DNA of 64,000 nt from sequence record OQ790161.1; one strand, written 5' to 3'. Positions 19,391 to 29,549 of the stretch are shown here, one piece after another. The notes under the pieces are model-generated. The model did not search any database. It was not told where the DNA came from and worked only from the letters and a program-made list of their open reading frames with translations. Within the stretch, counting starts at the first letter, position 1. Each line of letters opens with the position of its first letter. The position numbers and the translations under genes are program-made.

Positions 19391-19736
19391 AGAAGCCTGC
19401 GACATCTTGCAGCTCAACCCCTACGAAACCCAGACCTACAAGGACTACGTCAGTGTCACCAATCCCGGCACGGGACTGGCGCTGATGTTCCGTCTGGCCA
19501 ACACCCGCCCCGTCATCAACGAAGGCTATCTCCTTGACAGTGCGGGTAAGATCGTTTCGAACTCGCTGGATGTCGAGCAGATCTGGCTGTGGGTGACGGC
19601 CGACGAACTGCCCAAGGACTTCCGTACTGACCTGATGCGTTACCTGTGCCACCGCGACGAGTTGCAAGAGCATCTCGCCGAGTTGAGCCAAGTGCGCTAC
19701 GAACGCCTTCGCCAATGGACCAATTACCATGTCTGA
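19233..19736 (+). CDS. Hypothetical protein with Pro-rich N-terminus (167 aa)
   Basis: Coding-like codon usage; overlaps the next start. Confidence 0.6.
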   Translation: MIHSLKIPTPLRNWFSPPPVVSEPTPPAVPTSPPLVAAAPILDNAMVILALLEEACDILQLNPYETQTYKDYVSVTNPGTGLALMFRLANTRPVINEGYLLDSAGKIVSNSLDVEQIWLWVTADELPKDFRTDLMRYLCHRDELQEHLAELSQVRYERLRQWTNYHV

Positions 19737-20418
19737 CATCCCCGCACTGCCGCAGGAAGAAGAAGTGGGCCTGATTGCCCTGGACCTCAACGATCAGTTG
19801 GTCAAGGCCGACCATCTGCCTGACCTCACCGCCCCGGAGGCGATGGCGACGTACCGCATGATGATGTCTGGGATCGTCAGCAGGCTCTTCCTGTACTTGT
19901 ACGGGGAGATCGACCGGGAGAAGGCCGAACGGGCCGTAGCGATCATTGACGAGCGTCTGACGGTGTATCGTGAGATCGTGGCTCTGAAGGTGGCCCCGAT
20001 GCGGGCCGTCTACGAGTACCTGATCAAGCAGCGCGTGATCGAGCGTGAGGAACTGGGCGATGAGGCCAATGCGCACCTGGACCTCAAGGACCGGTTGCAG
20101 GATCGGATCATCGAAGAAGAGCTGGTCAACCGTGATGTGGTCGAGGTGATCGAGCCGCCGACCTACTCGGTGCCGAGTGTGGTGAATCTTCCGCACGTCG
20201 GGCCGCCTGCGGAGATCCGCCCGCTGGGTCCGTGCGATCCGAACAATCTCACTTTCTGGGGAGGCAAGACCGTGGCATCTGAAGACAGTGTACTGACGCA
20301 GGTGTCCGATCGACGTCTCCTGGACTGGGCCAAGATCCAACTCAACGGCGACATCAAGCCGGGCGCAGCTTCCCGCTACACCCTATTGTATAAACCCACA
20401 TCTAAGCTCGGTGAGTGA
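19729..20418 (+). CDS. Hypothetical protein (229 aa)
   Basis: Clean ORF coupled to its neighbours. Confidence 0.65.
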   Translation: MSDIPALPQEEEVGLIALDLNDQLVKADHLPDLTAPEAMATYRMMMSGIVSRLFLYLYGEIDREKAERAVAIIDERLTVYREIVALKVAPMRAVYEYLIKQRVIEREELGDEANAHLDLKDRLQDRIIEEELVNRDVVEVIEPPTYSVPSVVNLPHVGPPAEIRPLGPCDPNNLTFWGGKTVASEDSVLTQVSDRRLLDWAKIQLNGDIKPGAASRYTLLYKPTSKLGE

Positions 20419-20419
20419 G

Positions 20420-21061
20420 ATGACCGCAGTGTGTTACGACGGGGAAGTGATCGCAGCTGATCGCATGTCCCGGTTGACGGCCAAGGATGGGACCAAGCAA
20501 GTGAAATCGATGACGCAGGAAAAGATCGCCATCGATTTCAGTAGTGTCACCTTTGATGGTGATCCCATTCGTGCAGTGGGGCGAGCCGGTGTTTTGAAGG
20601 TATCATTGGAACTGCTGCGGATGCTGCGCGAGAGCGCAGACCTGTACCAGCAGATCGATGAGATCCCTGATCGACTCCGCGCGGCCTTGGGCGAGAACCA
20701 CAGGAATGCATCGCTGCTGATCCTGACGCTCAAGCATTCGTATATCCTCAAGGTCGACAGACACGGCACTTGCCGTGTCAGCAAGCACCCTCGTTCGAAA
20801 AAACTCGCCATCGGCTCCGGTTGCAGCATCGCTCTGTTCTTGATGGAGCAAACCGGACTGAACGCGGTTGATGCAGTGGCTGCAATGGAACTGGCGCACG
20901 ATTGCTGCGGAGGTGGTGTCACCTACACCTCCCGCTTGATCGCCGGTTTTGATGAACCCCTGCGCGTTCGAGAACACAGCGATAAAGGCGTGGTCAGTCA
21001 GCGCATGCTTCGCTCTCTCATTTCTGCCAGCGCGACCAAGCTGTCTGGCGCCTCTGCATAA
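20420..21061 (+). CDS. HslV/proteasome-beta-like Ntn hydrolase (Thr protease fold)
   Basis: M-T-A-V-C-YDG..IAADR start (Thr1 after Met removal), AIGSG, and C-terminal D..CGGGV pattern. Confidence 0.65.
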   Translation: MTAVCYDGEVIAADRMSRLTAKDGTKQVKSMTQEKIAIDFSSVTFDGDPIRAVGRAGVLKVSLELLRMLRESADLYQQIDEIPDRLRAALGENHRNASLLILTLKHSYILKVDRHGTCRVSKHPRSKKLAIGSGCSIALFLMEQTGLNAVDAVAAMELAHDCCGGGVTYTSRLIAGFDEPLRVREHSDKGVVSQRMLRSLISASATKLSGASA

Positions 21062-21090
21062 CAGCTCCCGGCTTCGGCCGGGATCTATGC
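21056..21090 (+). repeat. GCATA-hairpin(cUUCGg)-TATGC element
   Basis: GCATA...TCCCGGC-ttcg-GCCGGGA-tc-TATGC, overlapping the stop codon. Confidence 0.65.
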
Positions 21091-21123
21091 CCTTCATCGA
21101 ATTATCTGCGGCCAGGAGCTTAC

Positions 21124-21432
21124 ATGTCCCGCCCCAATCTTGAGATCGTCTCGATCCTCAACAGTAAGACGATCCCGTTCATTGCACCGAATTACTGCGT
21201 GGCTACCTGTACCTTCCAACCAGAGACGTACGCGGCCATTGTGTTCAAGGTCTTTGATGCTGAACGCGATCCGTACACGCTCTGCGATGAAATCGCTGAG
21301 CAGTTCATCCATCTGATGACGCTGGACGATCAGAAGGCACGCGGGATCTTCGACGTTCATCCGGATGCGCCGTTGTTCTTTGAAGATGTGCACATCATCC
21401 AAATCATCGAAGGAATCCCCCGTGTCGGCTAA
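21124..21432 (+). CDS. Hypothetical protein (102 aa)
   Basis: GGAG RBS, clean ORF. Confidence 0.65.
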   Translation: MSRPNLEIVSILNSKTIPFIAPNYCVATCTFQPETYAAIVFKVFDAERDPYTLCDEIAEQFIHLMTLDDQKARGIFDVHPDAPLFFEDVHIIQIIEGIPRVG

Positions 21433-21856
21433 CCAACGTAACTACACTGCCATCTTACTGATTCCCGAGGGCGGTAATCCCAGCGAGCACTACCCAATCG
21501 AATTCAAGGGCTGTGCTCACGGGCTGGGCGGTGTGGAGATCGATGTCAACAAGAGTCATCCCACCGCCAAGATCCTCCAAGTCATGTGGGAGGACAACTG
21601 GCAGTATCTGCCGACCGTGATCCCACACGATGATCGCTTCCACCCGCATCGCTATCGTCCGGAGCAACTGCGCAAAGCGCTGGAGTCCTGCGGTAATCTA
21701 CTGGATGATTACCTGCGCGGCGAACGTCGGGGTGGGTCGATGGCGTGGGATGATCTGGACTCCACCCACTCGATCCTGCAAATCGACCTCCCGGAATTCG
21801 TCCGGGCCAACGAAGAAAGCTTCAAGATTGAATACCCGGAGAATGAAGATGTCTGA
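21422..21856 (+). CDS. Hypothetical protein (~144 aa)
   Basis: GTG at 21422 after AAGGAA; part of a coupled operon. Confidence 0.55.
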   Translation: MSANQRNYTAILLIPEGGNPSEHYPIEFKGCAHGLGGVEIDVNKSHPTAKILQVMWEDNWQYLPTVIPHDDRFHPHRYRPEQLRKALESCGNLLDDYLRGERRGGSMAWDDLDSTHSILQIDLPEFVRANEESFKIEYPENEDV

Positions 21857-22175
21857 GAACAAGTTGAAGGTTCGTGCCCTGATTCCGCAGGGCCGTGGTA
21901 TTTGGTTGCCGTCGGGTGAGATGGCAGCCGTGGTCGGCGTGCCCACCCAAGTGGACAAGGGTGACCGGCGATTGATCGCACTGATCGTGCTCTTCGATGA
22001 TCCGGGCAATCTCAACCAAGGTGCGGTGGAGGTCTTCAGTAAGGAGCTGATCGAGCTGGTTCGCATCGAGCTGGCCAAAGACGTTGTCGAGACCCGGAAG
22101 TTGTTGTTCGTTTCCGATCACGCCAAGATTCACTTGGACGCCATCGAGTACGACTCGCTGCATCGCGAAGTCTAA
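21849..22175 (+). CDS. Hypothetical protein (~108 aa)
   Basis: ATG 21849 after GGAG; overlaps the previous stop. Confidence 0.55.
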   Translation: MSENKLKVRALIPQGRGIWLPSGEMAAVVGVPTQVDKGDRRLIALIVLFDDPGNLNQGAVEVFSKELIELVRIELAKDVVETRKLLFVSDHAKIHLDAIEYDSLHREV

Positions 22176-22186
22176 GGCGACTAACG

Positions 22187-22420
22187 ATGAAAGAGATACC
22201 CGACCCTTTCAAGAACGGGTTGACGTTCACCGTTGGTAAGTACGTGGTGGTGGCTCGAGAAGGCAAGTGGTTGAACAAACTGCTTGACACCTACAAGGTC
22301 GATCATGCTGACGCTACGTTGGAGGACGCCTTGAAGTTCTTGGTCGAGGAAGGACAGATCAAGTTGCTGGATGAACATCCGGGATTTGCCTTCGGTCTGA
22401 GTAACCCCTTCACCGGCTAA
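22187..22420 (+). CDS. Hypothetical protein (77 aa)
   Basis: Last gene before the hairpin cluster. Confidence 0.6.
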   Translation: MKEIPDPFKNGLTFTVGKYVVVAREGKWLNKLLDTYKVDHADATLEDALKFLVEEGQIKLLDEHPGFAFGLSNPFTG

Positions 22421-22443
22421 GTCCACACCTGTCTAATAGCGAA

Positions 22444-22475
22444 CCCTCCACCCTTCGGGGTGGAGGGCATATGCC
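22444..22475 (+). repeat. cUUCGg hairpin-TATGCC element
   Basis: CCCTCCACCC-ttcg-GGGTGGAGGG-ca-TATGCC. Confidence 0.65.
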
Positions 22476-22647
22476 GTCGGTTTGTTTTTTTGTATTCGAC
22501 AGCATAAAACCCCACCGCCTTTCTTAAGGGCGGTGGGGCACAGCGGTCCAAGGGGTAGCGAATCCCTTGATCGGGCTGGTCGAAGAGGGAGAGAGGTACC
22601 CCACGACCGGTCAGATGCTTTTGAGACTAGTGTCTCACATACCATAC

Positions 22648-22688
22648 GGCATAAAAGCGGGAGGTTTCCCTCCCGCTTTTACTATGCC
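22648..22688. repeat. GGCATA-hairpin-TATGCC element between convergent genes
   Basis: GGCATA-AAAGCGGGAGG-tttc-CCTCCCGCTTT-tac-TATGCC. Confidence 0.7.
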
Positions 22689-22702
22689 TTGAAAGGTACC
22701 AC

Positions 22703-23576
22703 TTACGGCATGGTGTTGCCGCTGGTGGCGACCTTGCGCAGCTGCTCGGCGTAACCGTTGTCCGTGTCACGCACGTACGGGTCGATTGCCGACACGAAGG
22801 CGTTCTGGAAGTTCGGGTTCATGCCGTTCAGCGACATCGCGTTCAGGCGAGCCTGTGCGAACTCGTCCACGCGACGGCCGACCTGGGTCAGTGCGGTGAA
22901 CTCGACCGAATAGTCGACGCTCTCGCCACCCTGGGTCAGGTCACGACGGCCGGTGTTCTCGGCGACCTGGTTGTTCGGACGCATGTTGGTGCAGAGCCAG
23001 GCCTTGGTGACCTTGGTGAAGGTCGGGTCGGGCTCGAAGAACAGCATGGTCGCGCCGGTGTAATCCGGCAGCAGGTCGGACGGACGCTTGCCCGTGGCGA
23101 TGATGCCCGGTGCCTTGGTGATGGGATCCATCATCAGCATCAGGACCCAGCCTTCCAGGAAGTTGCGCACCGGCTGACCGTACTTCTCGGTCCACACGAA
23201 GGTGGGGGGTCGAGCGAGCACGGGTCACGTTGCTCAGGTCTTGCTGCATTTCGCCAGCACCGCCCACGGCGTTTTCGACGTGTTCGACGGTGAGGGTCGA
23301 CTGCAGACCTTCGATGGACTTCGGGTGAAGTTCGACGAGCGACTTGAGCGTCTGCTCCCAGATCTCCGGGTTGTCCAGGTCGCGGAAGCCGCGCGGGGCG
23401 GCAACCAGCTGGCAGATGATGTTGCGGCGGACGTAGGCAGCATTGGCGACGTAACCGGTGAAGTCGGTCATCGCACCCATCTGCCCACCGACCTGCAGAT
23501 TCACCATCGGGGCCTGGGAGCCCTGTCCAAAGGCACGGTTGCCCAGGATGGTGTTTTGCATGCGAGTGTTGCTCAT
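22703..23576 (-). CDS. Tail tube protein (phiKZ gp30-like); one apparent frameshift at G6 23204-23209
   Basis: Two ORF halves (..VTRARS|TPTFVWTEKYGQP..) join into 290 aa if one base of the 6-base run is removed; lies directly downstream of the sheath gene. Confidence 0.8.
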
Positions 23577-23621
23577 TGTAGATTCCTCGAGTAACGTGTT
23601 GAGTCTGGCGAGAAGCTGGCG

Positions 23622-25736
23622 TTAGGACGCCAGCTCCAAGTCGCTCGACCGATGGGCCACGACGGTGTAGGTACCCACAGTACGCATGTTCTCGCCGTAC
23701 ATGTGGATGTCCGTACGCCAGCTGTAACCACGCTGCTCGTCGGCCGCCGTGAAGTAGGTGTCCGGACGGATGGTGACGCGTCCGTCGTAACGACCTTCCG
23801 TGCGGTCCAGAATCAGCTGGTTGGAGCGCTGGATGAACTGGGCCTGCGTCAGCTTACCGCTGATGCCGGTCAGGTCACGGTACGCCCGCTGTGCCACCTT
23901 CTCCAGGTCCACGGCGATGGCCATGTTGAAGAAGCTGTTCAGCACCGAGGTGTCGTCGTCGTACACGGTCTGCAGACCGGGCCAGAAGATCGAACGCATG
24001 TCGTAGGACTGCGCCCAGATCAGGCCATTGCGCCAGTCCTGCTGACGGACGTTGGCGTTCTTGAACACGACGTTCAGGTTCTTGAACTTCTGGATCTGGT
24101 TGTTCGGGGGCATGTCGAATGCCGCCGCAGCGTTCCAGATGCCAGTGCCGGCGCCCATGTACGCCGCAGCCTTGGCTGCGAATTCCACGGTGAGCGGCAG
24201 GTGCTTCTGGCCGTTCGGGCCCTTGTACTTCGAACCGATCAGTTCACCGGCATGGCCGACGATCAGCGCACGGCACACCGGGGTGCCATGGATGGTCGAT
24301 TCCGGGTACAGGCGAGCTGCGTTCTTCAGGGTGATCGCGATCGAGGACTCGGCCGAGGGCGAGTTCATCGGTGCCGAAGCGTCCTGGGTACCCAGGATGA
24401 CCGCGATGTCCTTGCGCAGGCCCAGCGGGGTCAGCATGGCCAGCTTGGTGTCCAGCGGGTAGCCCGAGTCGTAGTAGAACGCCATCGGGTAACGCGCATC
24501 GTCCAGCAGGTCCGCTTCCAGTTGACCGTAGTTGCGCATCTCGTTCTCGACGAGTTCCGCATGGCTGGCGAAGGTCATGGTGCCGTCGGAACCACCAGCA
24601 GCCCACACAGCGGTCGAGTCGGTGAAACGCAGACCGCCGGTGGCGGCGCCTTCCAGCTCGTAGCTGTAGTACGGGGTGCCTTCCGGGCTGGTACCATTGA
24701 CCAGGTTGACCAGGTGCAGGAATTCGAGTCTTCATCGATCTCCAGTTCCGGCAGCAGGCCCAGCGGGGCTTCGGTCGAAGCGACCAGCGCCAGCAGAGCT
24801 TCCAGGTTGCTGTGGTAGACCTTGATCTTGCCGAAGTCGCCGTAGATCGGGGACATACCCGAGGCCGGGTCAGCCGACTGGTAGGCATCCATGAAGATGT
24901 CTTCCAGCGAGATTTCCTGGTCGTTGACGGCATTGATCGCGCCGGCCTTGAACGCGAAGTCCAGGCTCTGCTCGCCGCTCAGGGTTTCGGTGACGTTCAC
25001 CGTCGACTCGGCGTCCAGGCGGTTGACCAGGGTCAGGCGATACACGTAGGCCTTGACGGCCGAGACGAGGTCACCATTCAGCGGGTTGCCGGACTGGAGG
25101 GAGGGGGGCGGTCAGGCGCACGCCGATGTTGTTGCCGTAGGAACCGAAGAAGTTCGCTTCCAGCTCCAGCACCGGGTACACGGTCGACTGCACGTCGGCC
25201 GAGGAGGTGATCGAACCGGCCTTGGTCGAGACAGCGCCGAACTCTTCGACGGTCTGGCCAGCGGTCCAGTCATTGACGACCCACTTGGCACGGTAGCCGG
25301 CGATCTTGCCAGCCGAACCGGTCAGCGGGATCTTGGCGCCCTGGGCGTCGAGCTTGAAGCTCTTGTCGGCGTTGCGCTCGTACTGCTGGATCTGGTCCGC
25401 GACGATGTCGAGGCTCAGCAGCACACGGGCGTTCGGGCCGGCATCGGCCGGCTTCAGACGCTGCACGAAGCAGAAGTTGCCGGCGCCGAGAACTTCGGCG
25501 AGCAACGCGCTCTGGTGGTTGAAGTACGGGTAACGCGGATCCAGGCTCTTGGCGCCGTAGATGGTGTTGAACGACTCGCCCGTCAGTTGCGGCAAGGTCG
25601 GACCCCATTCGGCGAAGATGTGGGAGTGCGGCAGGTGGGTGGGAATCTGTTCGGCTTCGCGGACGGGAGCGCGGCGACTCACGTCCTTCTTGCCGGTCGA
25701 GATGAACATGGGAGCGGCGCTGATGACGTTGCTCAT
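23622..25736 (-). CDS. Tail sheath protein (phiKZ gp29-like); two apparent frameshifts (25103-25108 and ~24721)
   Basis: Three ORF pieces give 704 aa when corrected. Motifs IPTHLP..IFAE.GP, GG.DG, YDSGYPL.TK, WPGLQTVY.DDTSVL, GRYDGR are typical of phiKZ-type sheath. Confidence 0.85.
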
Positions 25737-25947
25737 ATTGAAAAAGCTCCTGAAAACTGGGACCAGTTCGAACCTGAATCAACACAATTCCCGGAACGCG
25801 ACTCCGGAAATAAAGCAGGTTGACACAGGCAGTGCTGACTAATGCTATAGCAGTGGAGTGATGTCGCGCATCATAGTAATACACGCACAACATCTACTCA
25901 GAACCCGCTATAGGTTTTTCGATTAAATTTCACAGCAGGAGTGCGAC

Positions 25948-26854
25948 ATGTTCCTCACCCCGTACCAAACAACTGCGTGCTCTGCGACCGCTGGATTGCC
26001 TGCGATCGCCAGCGCGCTTCAGCGTGCCGCTGTGCATGAGGATCTGCCCCCGGCGGTGACGCTGAAAGAGAACGTCCTTGAAGGGGTGTTCTTGGTACCC
26101 CCATACCTTAAGGAAATCAAACCCTTTAGTTTGCCCATCGACTTTGACGGACCCAACGGTCTGGCCGTAGCGGTGGACGTGCGAGGGATCACCAAGCAGG
26201 TCGGCGAGCGTCAGCTCAAGATCGTGGCCGGCGGGGGAGTACGAAGGCGCTGTCCTGCGCGCCGCGCTCACCAAGGCGTGGATCCAGGGCGGCTCCAAAG
26301 AGATGCGTCGCTGGAATGACATCAGTGCTCGCGTCTTCATCCGACTGCTGAGCGAAGCGCTGGTGCGCCGCCTGAGTCTGGGCCCGGCAGAACAACAAGC
26401 CATCGCCGCCGTGTGCGGCCTGTTCTATTTCTCCAACTTCGTCCAAGGCGAAGTCGATGCCGAGGAGAAGGAACGAATCGCTGTGGCTGTCTCGCGCATC
26501 ACGCGCATCAGTCCCCAGTCGGTCATGCGCTTTTACGAAGGCGATGTCCCGCAGGCTGATTCGCTCGATGGCTTCTGCAATGCCCTGCGTCATGTCGTGC
26601 AGAACCCGCGACTGGAGCGAGTGGATGCAGCCTTCATCATCACCTTGATGGGTGGTGTGTGGTTCGGCGGTCAAGCTCGTATGGTAGTGGCTGTGGCTCT
26701 GGAATATCCGCCGGTCTGGTTGGCCCTGATCTATCAGGCCCTGACCGATCGCAGCTTCCATGGTGCCAGCCTGACCAAGATGGTCGAGACCGAAAACCGT
26801 GGCAACGCTGGCGCGCAGTTCATTCGCGACGTTGGCTCCTACCTGGACCTCTAA
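25948..26854 (+). CDS. Virion structural protein (phiKZ gp28-like position); apparent frameshift at G5 26233-26237
   Basis: ORFs 25948..26319 and 26303..26854 fuse to 301 aa (..IVAGG|EYEGAVLRAALTKAW..); divergent from the sheath gene. Confidence 0.65.
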
Positions 26855-26858
26855 GGCA

Positions 26859-29444
26859 ATGAGTGATTACCTGATCAATCATGCGGTCACCAATGTCTGG
26901 TGCACGCCCAATCAGGATCTGCAGGTCACTTATCGTCCCCAGCGCATCTCCAACCCGCGCGGTGTTCGTGAACGGATGTCCCACATGTGGGGCTCCGTTT
27001 TCATGCCAACGGCAACGGATGTGTATCACGTCTATCAGATCGGTCAGTACCAGCCCTTCCTCATCGGACTCAGTCCGGTGCGTGGTAAGTGGCGTTCGCT
27101 GGCAGATCTGATGAACGAGGAATCGCTCTTCTCGGACCTGTACACCGTCGATGGTATTCACCTGAGCCGGTTCCACACCTTCGTGATGGTGACCCCCGAA
27201 CAGAACGTGCTGGTGGCGGTGCGTGATCAAGCCAAGATCGTCAACCTCAAGACGGCTGTGCTTTACCTGCGCCTGTATTCCAACTCCTTCTTCAACTCGC
27301 CCCGTTCGGACGACTACGCCCATGGCATCGTCTGTCGCGGTGCCCGTGTGATGACCTCGGCCCAAGCGCTGAACGTCCAACGCGATTACTTGGAGATGAA
27401 GGCCCGTCCCCGTGGTTACACCTGGCTCTACGTCAACGGTGTGTATCGCGACGACTACCGGCCTGCCGATTTCCAAGCCGGCGATTACGTCGAGTTCGTC
27501 CATGACAGCTCGGTCAAAGCAGTCAAGGAATTCAACATCCGCGACCTGCCGACTTTTGATAGCATCAAGGACAGCAAGCGTAAGTATCTGCTCCATTATG
27601 CCGGCAACCAAGTCGGCGGTGTGGGCATCGATTACCGCGACGACATCGACCTGTACCTGATCAAGCCTGCGGCCAACAACCGCTACACCGGTGTGTACTA
27701 CCACAAGAACAACGACGACGCTTTCCGACAGGTCACTCACCGTGACTACTCGATGGTGGTTGATTACGTGGTGGCCCATCAGCAAGCCATGCTCCCGCGG
27801 GGCTGGACGAACATCAACGACCTCAAGGTGCAGATGTTCATCCGTCACGGTGGCTACTCCCGACCGCTGGTGTTTGAACACCATCGTATCCAGGAACTGT
27901 ACAAGCTGCCCGACGCGAATATCCGTCAGGCGCTGTTGGGTCTGGACTCGGTCGTGGATGTCTGGCGCGCTGATCAACTGGAGAACTCGGAGTACATCGA
28001 GATCATGGACGCACGCAAGCGTCAGATCACGATCGAGCGAGTCAAGGAAGCCTACGGTTACAACGCCATTGCCAAGCTCATCGGCGACACCCCGAGCAAG
28101 GTGCAGAACATGTCCGGTCGTCGGGCCGTCTCCTTGCCGTATGGCACGCAGGTGGATTCCACGGCCTATGAGATCGACAGTGCTGGTAAGCTGATCGCCT
28201 CGTACATCCATACCTCCGGTGTGGAGTACACCCCCTTCAATGCCAACTGCGCAATGGTCGAGATGATCATCGGTCGTGGCGGGCAGAAGTTGGACATGGT
28301 CTTCAACACCCAGGACGTGCCGGTCAATCCGAAGTACTCCTACCGCTTCTACATCGCTCCGATCGCCCATGGCGAACTGCGCAATGATCAGTGGGCCGAT
28401 GTCACCGGTGACAACACCAAGTACGAGATCATCAACGGCAAGGTGCATTGGTTGGTGGACCTGCAATACAACGCAGTGTGCGTCAAGTCCGATGCGTTCT
28501 TCTTGAACTACGAGCTGAACCTGCCGGCCGACAACGGTCTGCTGCGGTTCACGGTCACAGCGACCAACACGTGGCAAGGTGGGCAGGCCCTGTCCAATCC
28601 GTTGTATATCCCGCCCGGTCGTGTGGATGTGTGGATCAACGATGAGGTGCTGGTCGAAGGACTGGACTACCTTGTGAAGTGGCCGCAGATCGTGGTGACC
28701 AACAAGCAGTTCCTGCGTGATGGCCAGACCCAGAAGATCCGTGTGCGTGGCACCGGCTTCTGCAACGCAGACCTGTCCCGTGTTCCGCCCAAGGAAGTCG
28801 GGTTCGTGCGCTGGGGTAAGCTCTCGCGCAACACCCGTTACGACCTGCGCGATGATCGCGTGGTGCGTCTGGTGGTCAATGGTCGCACGTTCCATCGTGA
28901 CGATGTGTACTTCACCGAAGGTGATCCGTCCTTGTGGATGAACAACGTACCCAACGGTGCGCCGTACATCCTGGAGGACTTGGTCGTGCCGTTGCGTCAG
29001 GTGATCAGTGATGACACCTACGACTTCCGCGCCAAGTCGCTGGAGGTGGATCAGAAGGTCTCTGACTACCTGACCATGAAGATGCCCGAGCCGATTCCGG
29101 CCAACCCGGATCCGATCTTGGAGCGCTACGCGGTCTACAGTCCCTTTGCAGCTTCGGTCATGTACGACCTGCTCACCGAGCGGTTGTCCACCGAGAAGTT
29201 CCGGGGCCAGTACAGCGATCAGGAAGTGCGCACGTTCTTGAGCAGTTACGAATGGTTGCTCGACTTCGAGCCGACGCGGACTCAGCTGGATCTGTCCCAT
29301 GTGGCCGTGCACCCGCACGATCGCACCACGGTGATCGAACTGGACGCCTACCAGTACATGCTGCTCAACCGCGCCATCAAGATCTTCCTGGAAGACAAGG
29401 TGGACATCACGCGCTTCGTGCGTATCAAAGCTTCCTTCATCTGA
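26859..29444 (+). CDS. Large virion structural protein (gp27-like position, 861 aa)
   Basis: MSDYLINHA...VWC.P.QD start; located between sheath and terminase as in phiKZ-like phages. Confidence 0.7.
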   Translation: MSDYLINHAVTNVWCTPNQDLQVTYRPQRISNPRGVRERMSHMWGSVFMPTATDVYHVYQIGQYQPFLIGLSPVRGKWRSLADLMNEESLFSDLYTVDGIHLSRFHTFVMVTPEQNVLVAVRDQAKIVNLKTAVLYLRLYSNSFFNSPRSDDYAHGIVCRGARVMTSAQALNVQRDYLEMKARPRGYTWLYVNGVYRDDYRPADFQAGDYVEFVHDSSVKAVKEFNIRDLPTFDSIKDSKRKYLLHYAGNQVGGVGIDYRDDIDLYLIKPAANNRYTGVYYHKNNDDAFRQVTHRDYSMVVDYVVAHQQAMLPRGWTNINDLKVQMFIRHGGYSRPLVFEHHRIQELYKLPDANIRQALLGLDSVVDVWRADQLENSEYIEIMDARKRQITIERVKEAYGYNAIAKLIGDTPSKVQNMSGRRAVSLPYGTQVDSTAYEIDSAGKLIASYIHTSGVEYTPFNANCAMVEMIIGRGGQKLDMVFNTQDVPVNPKYSYRFYIAPIAHGELRNDQWADVTGDNTKYEIINGKVHWLVDLQYNAVCVKSDAFFLNYELNLPADNGLLRFTVTATNTWQGGQALSNPLYIPPGRVDVWINDEVLVEGLDYLVKWPQIVVTNKQFLRDGQTQKIRVRGTGFCNADLSRVPPKEVGFVRWGKLSRNTRYDLRDDRVVRLVVNGRTFHRDDVYFTEGDPSLWMNNVPNGAPYILEDLVVPLRQVISDDTYDFRAKSLEVDQKVSDYLTMKMPEPIPANPDPILERYAVYSPFAASVMYDLLTERLSTEKFRGQYSDQEVRTFLSSYEWLLDFEPTRTQLDLSHVAVHPHDRTTVIELDAYQYMLLNRAIKIFLEDKVDITRFVRIKASFI

Positions 29445-29549
29445 CCTTTGACTTTGCAACAGGCGGCGCTGACCCTTGCGGGTTAAGGCTACTACTTACT
29501 AGTGGTTGGCGCCGCCGCTTTGCAAGTCCGCCCTTAGGACACTGCAACC

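Noticed and set aside
22703-26854. Programmed frameshifting or pseudogenisation of tube, sheath and neighbouring structural gene
   Set aside because: The genes are essential, all breaks sit at short homopolymers, and the same pattern recurs across the window. Sequencing error is more parsimonious.
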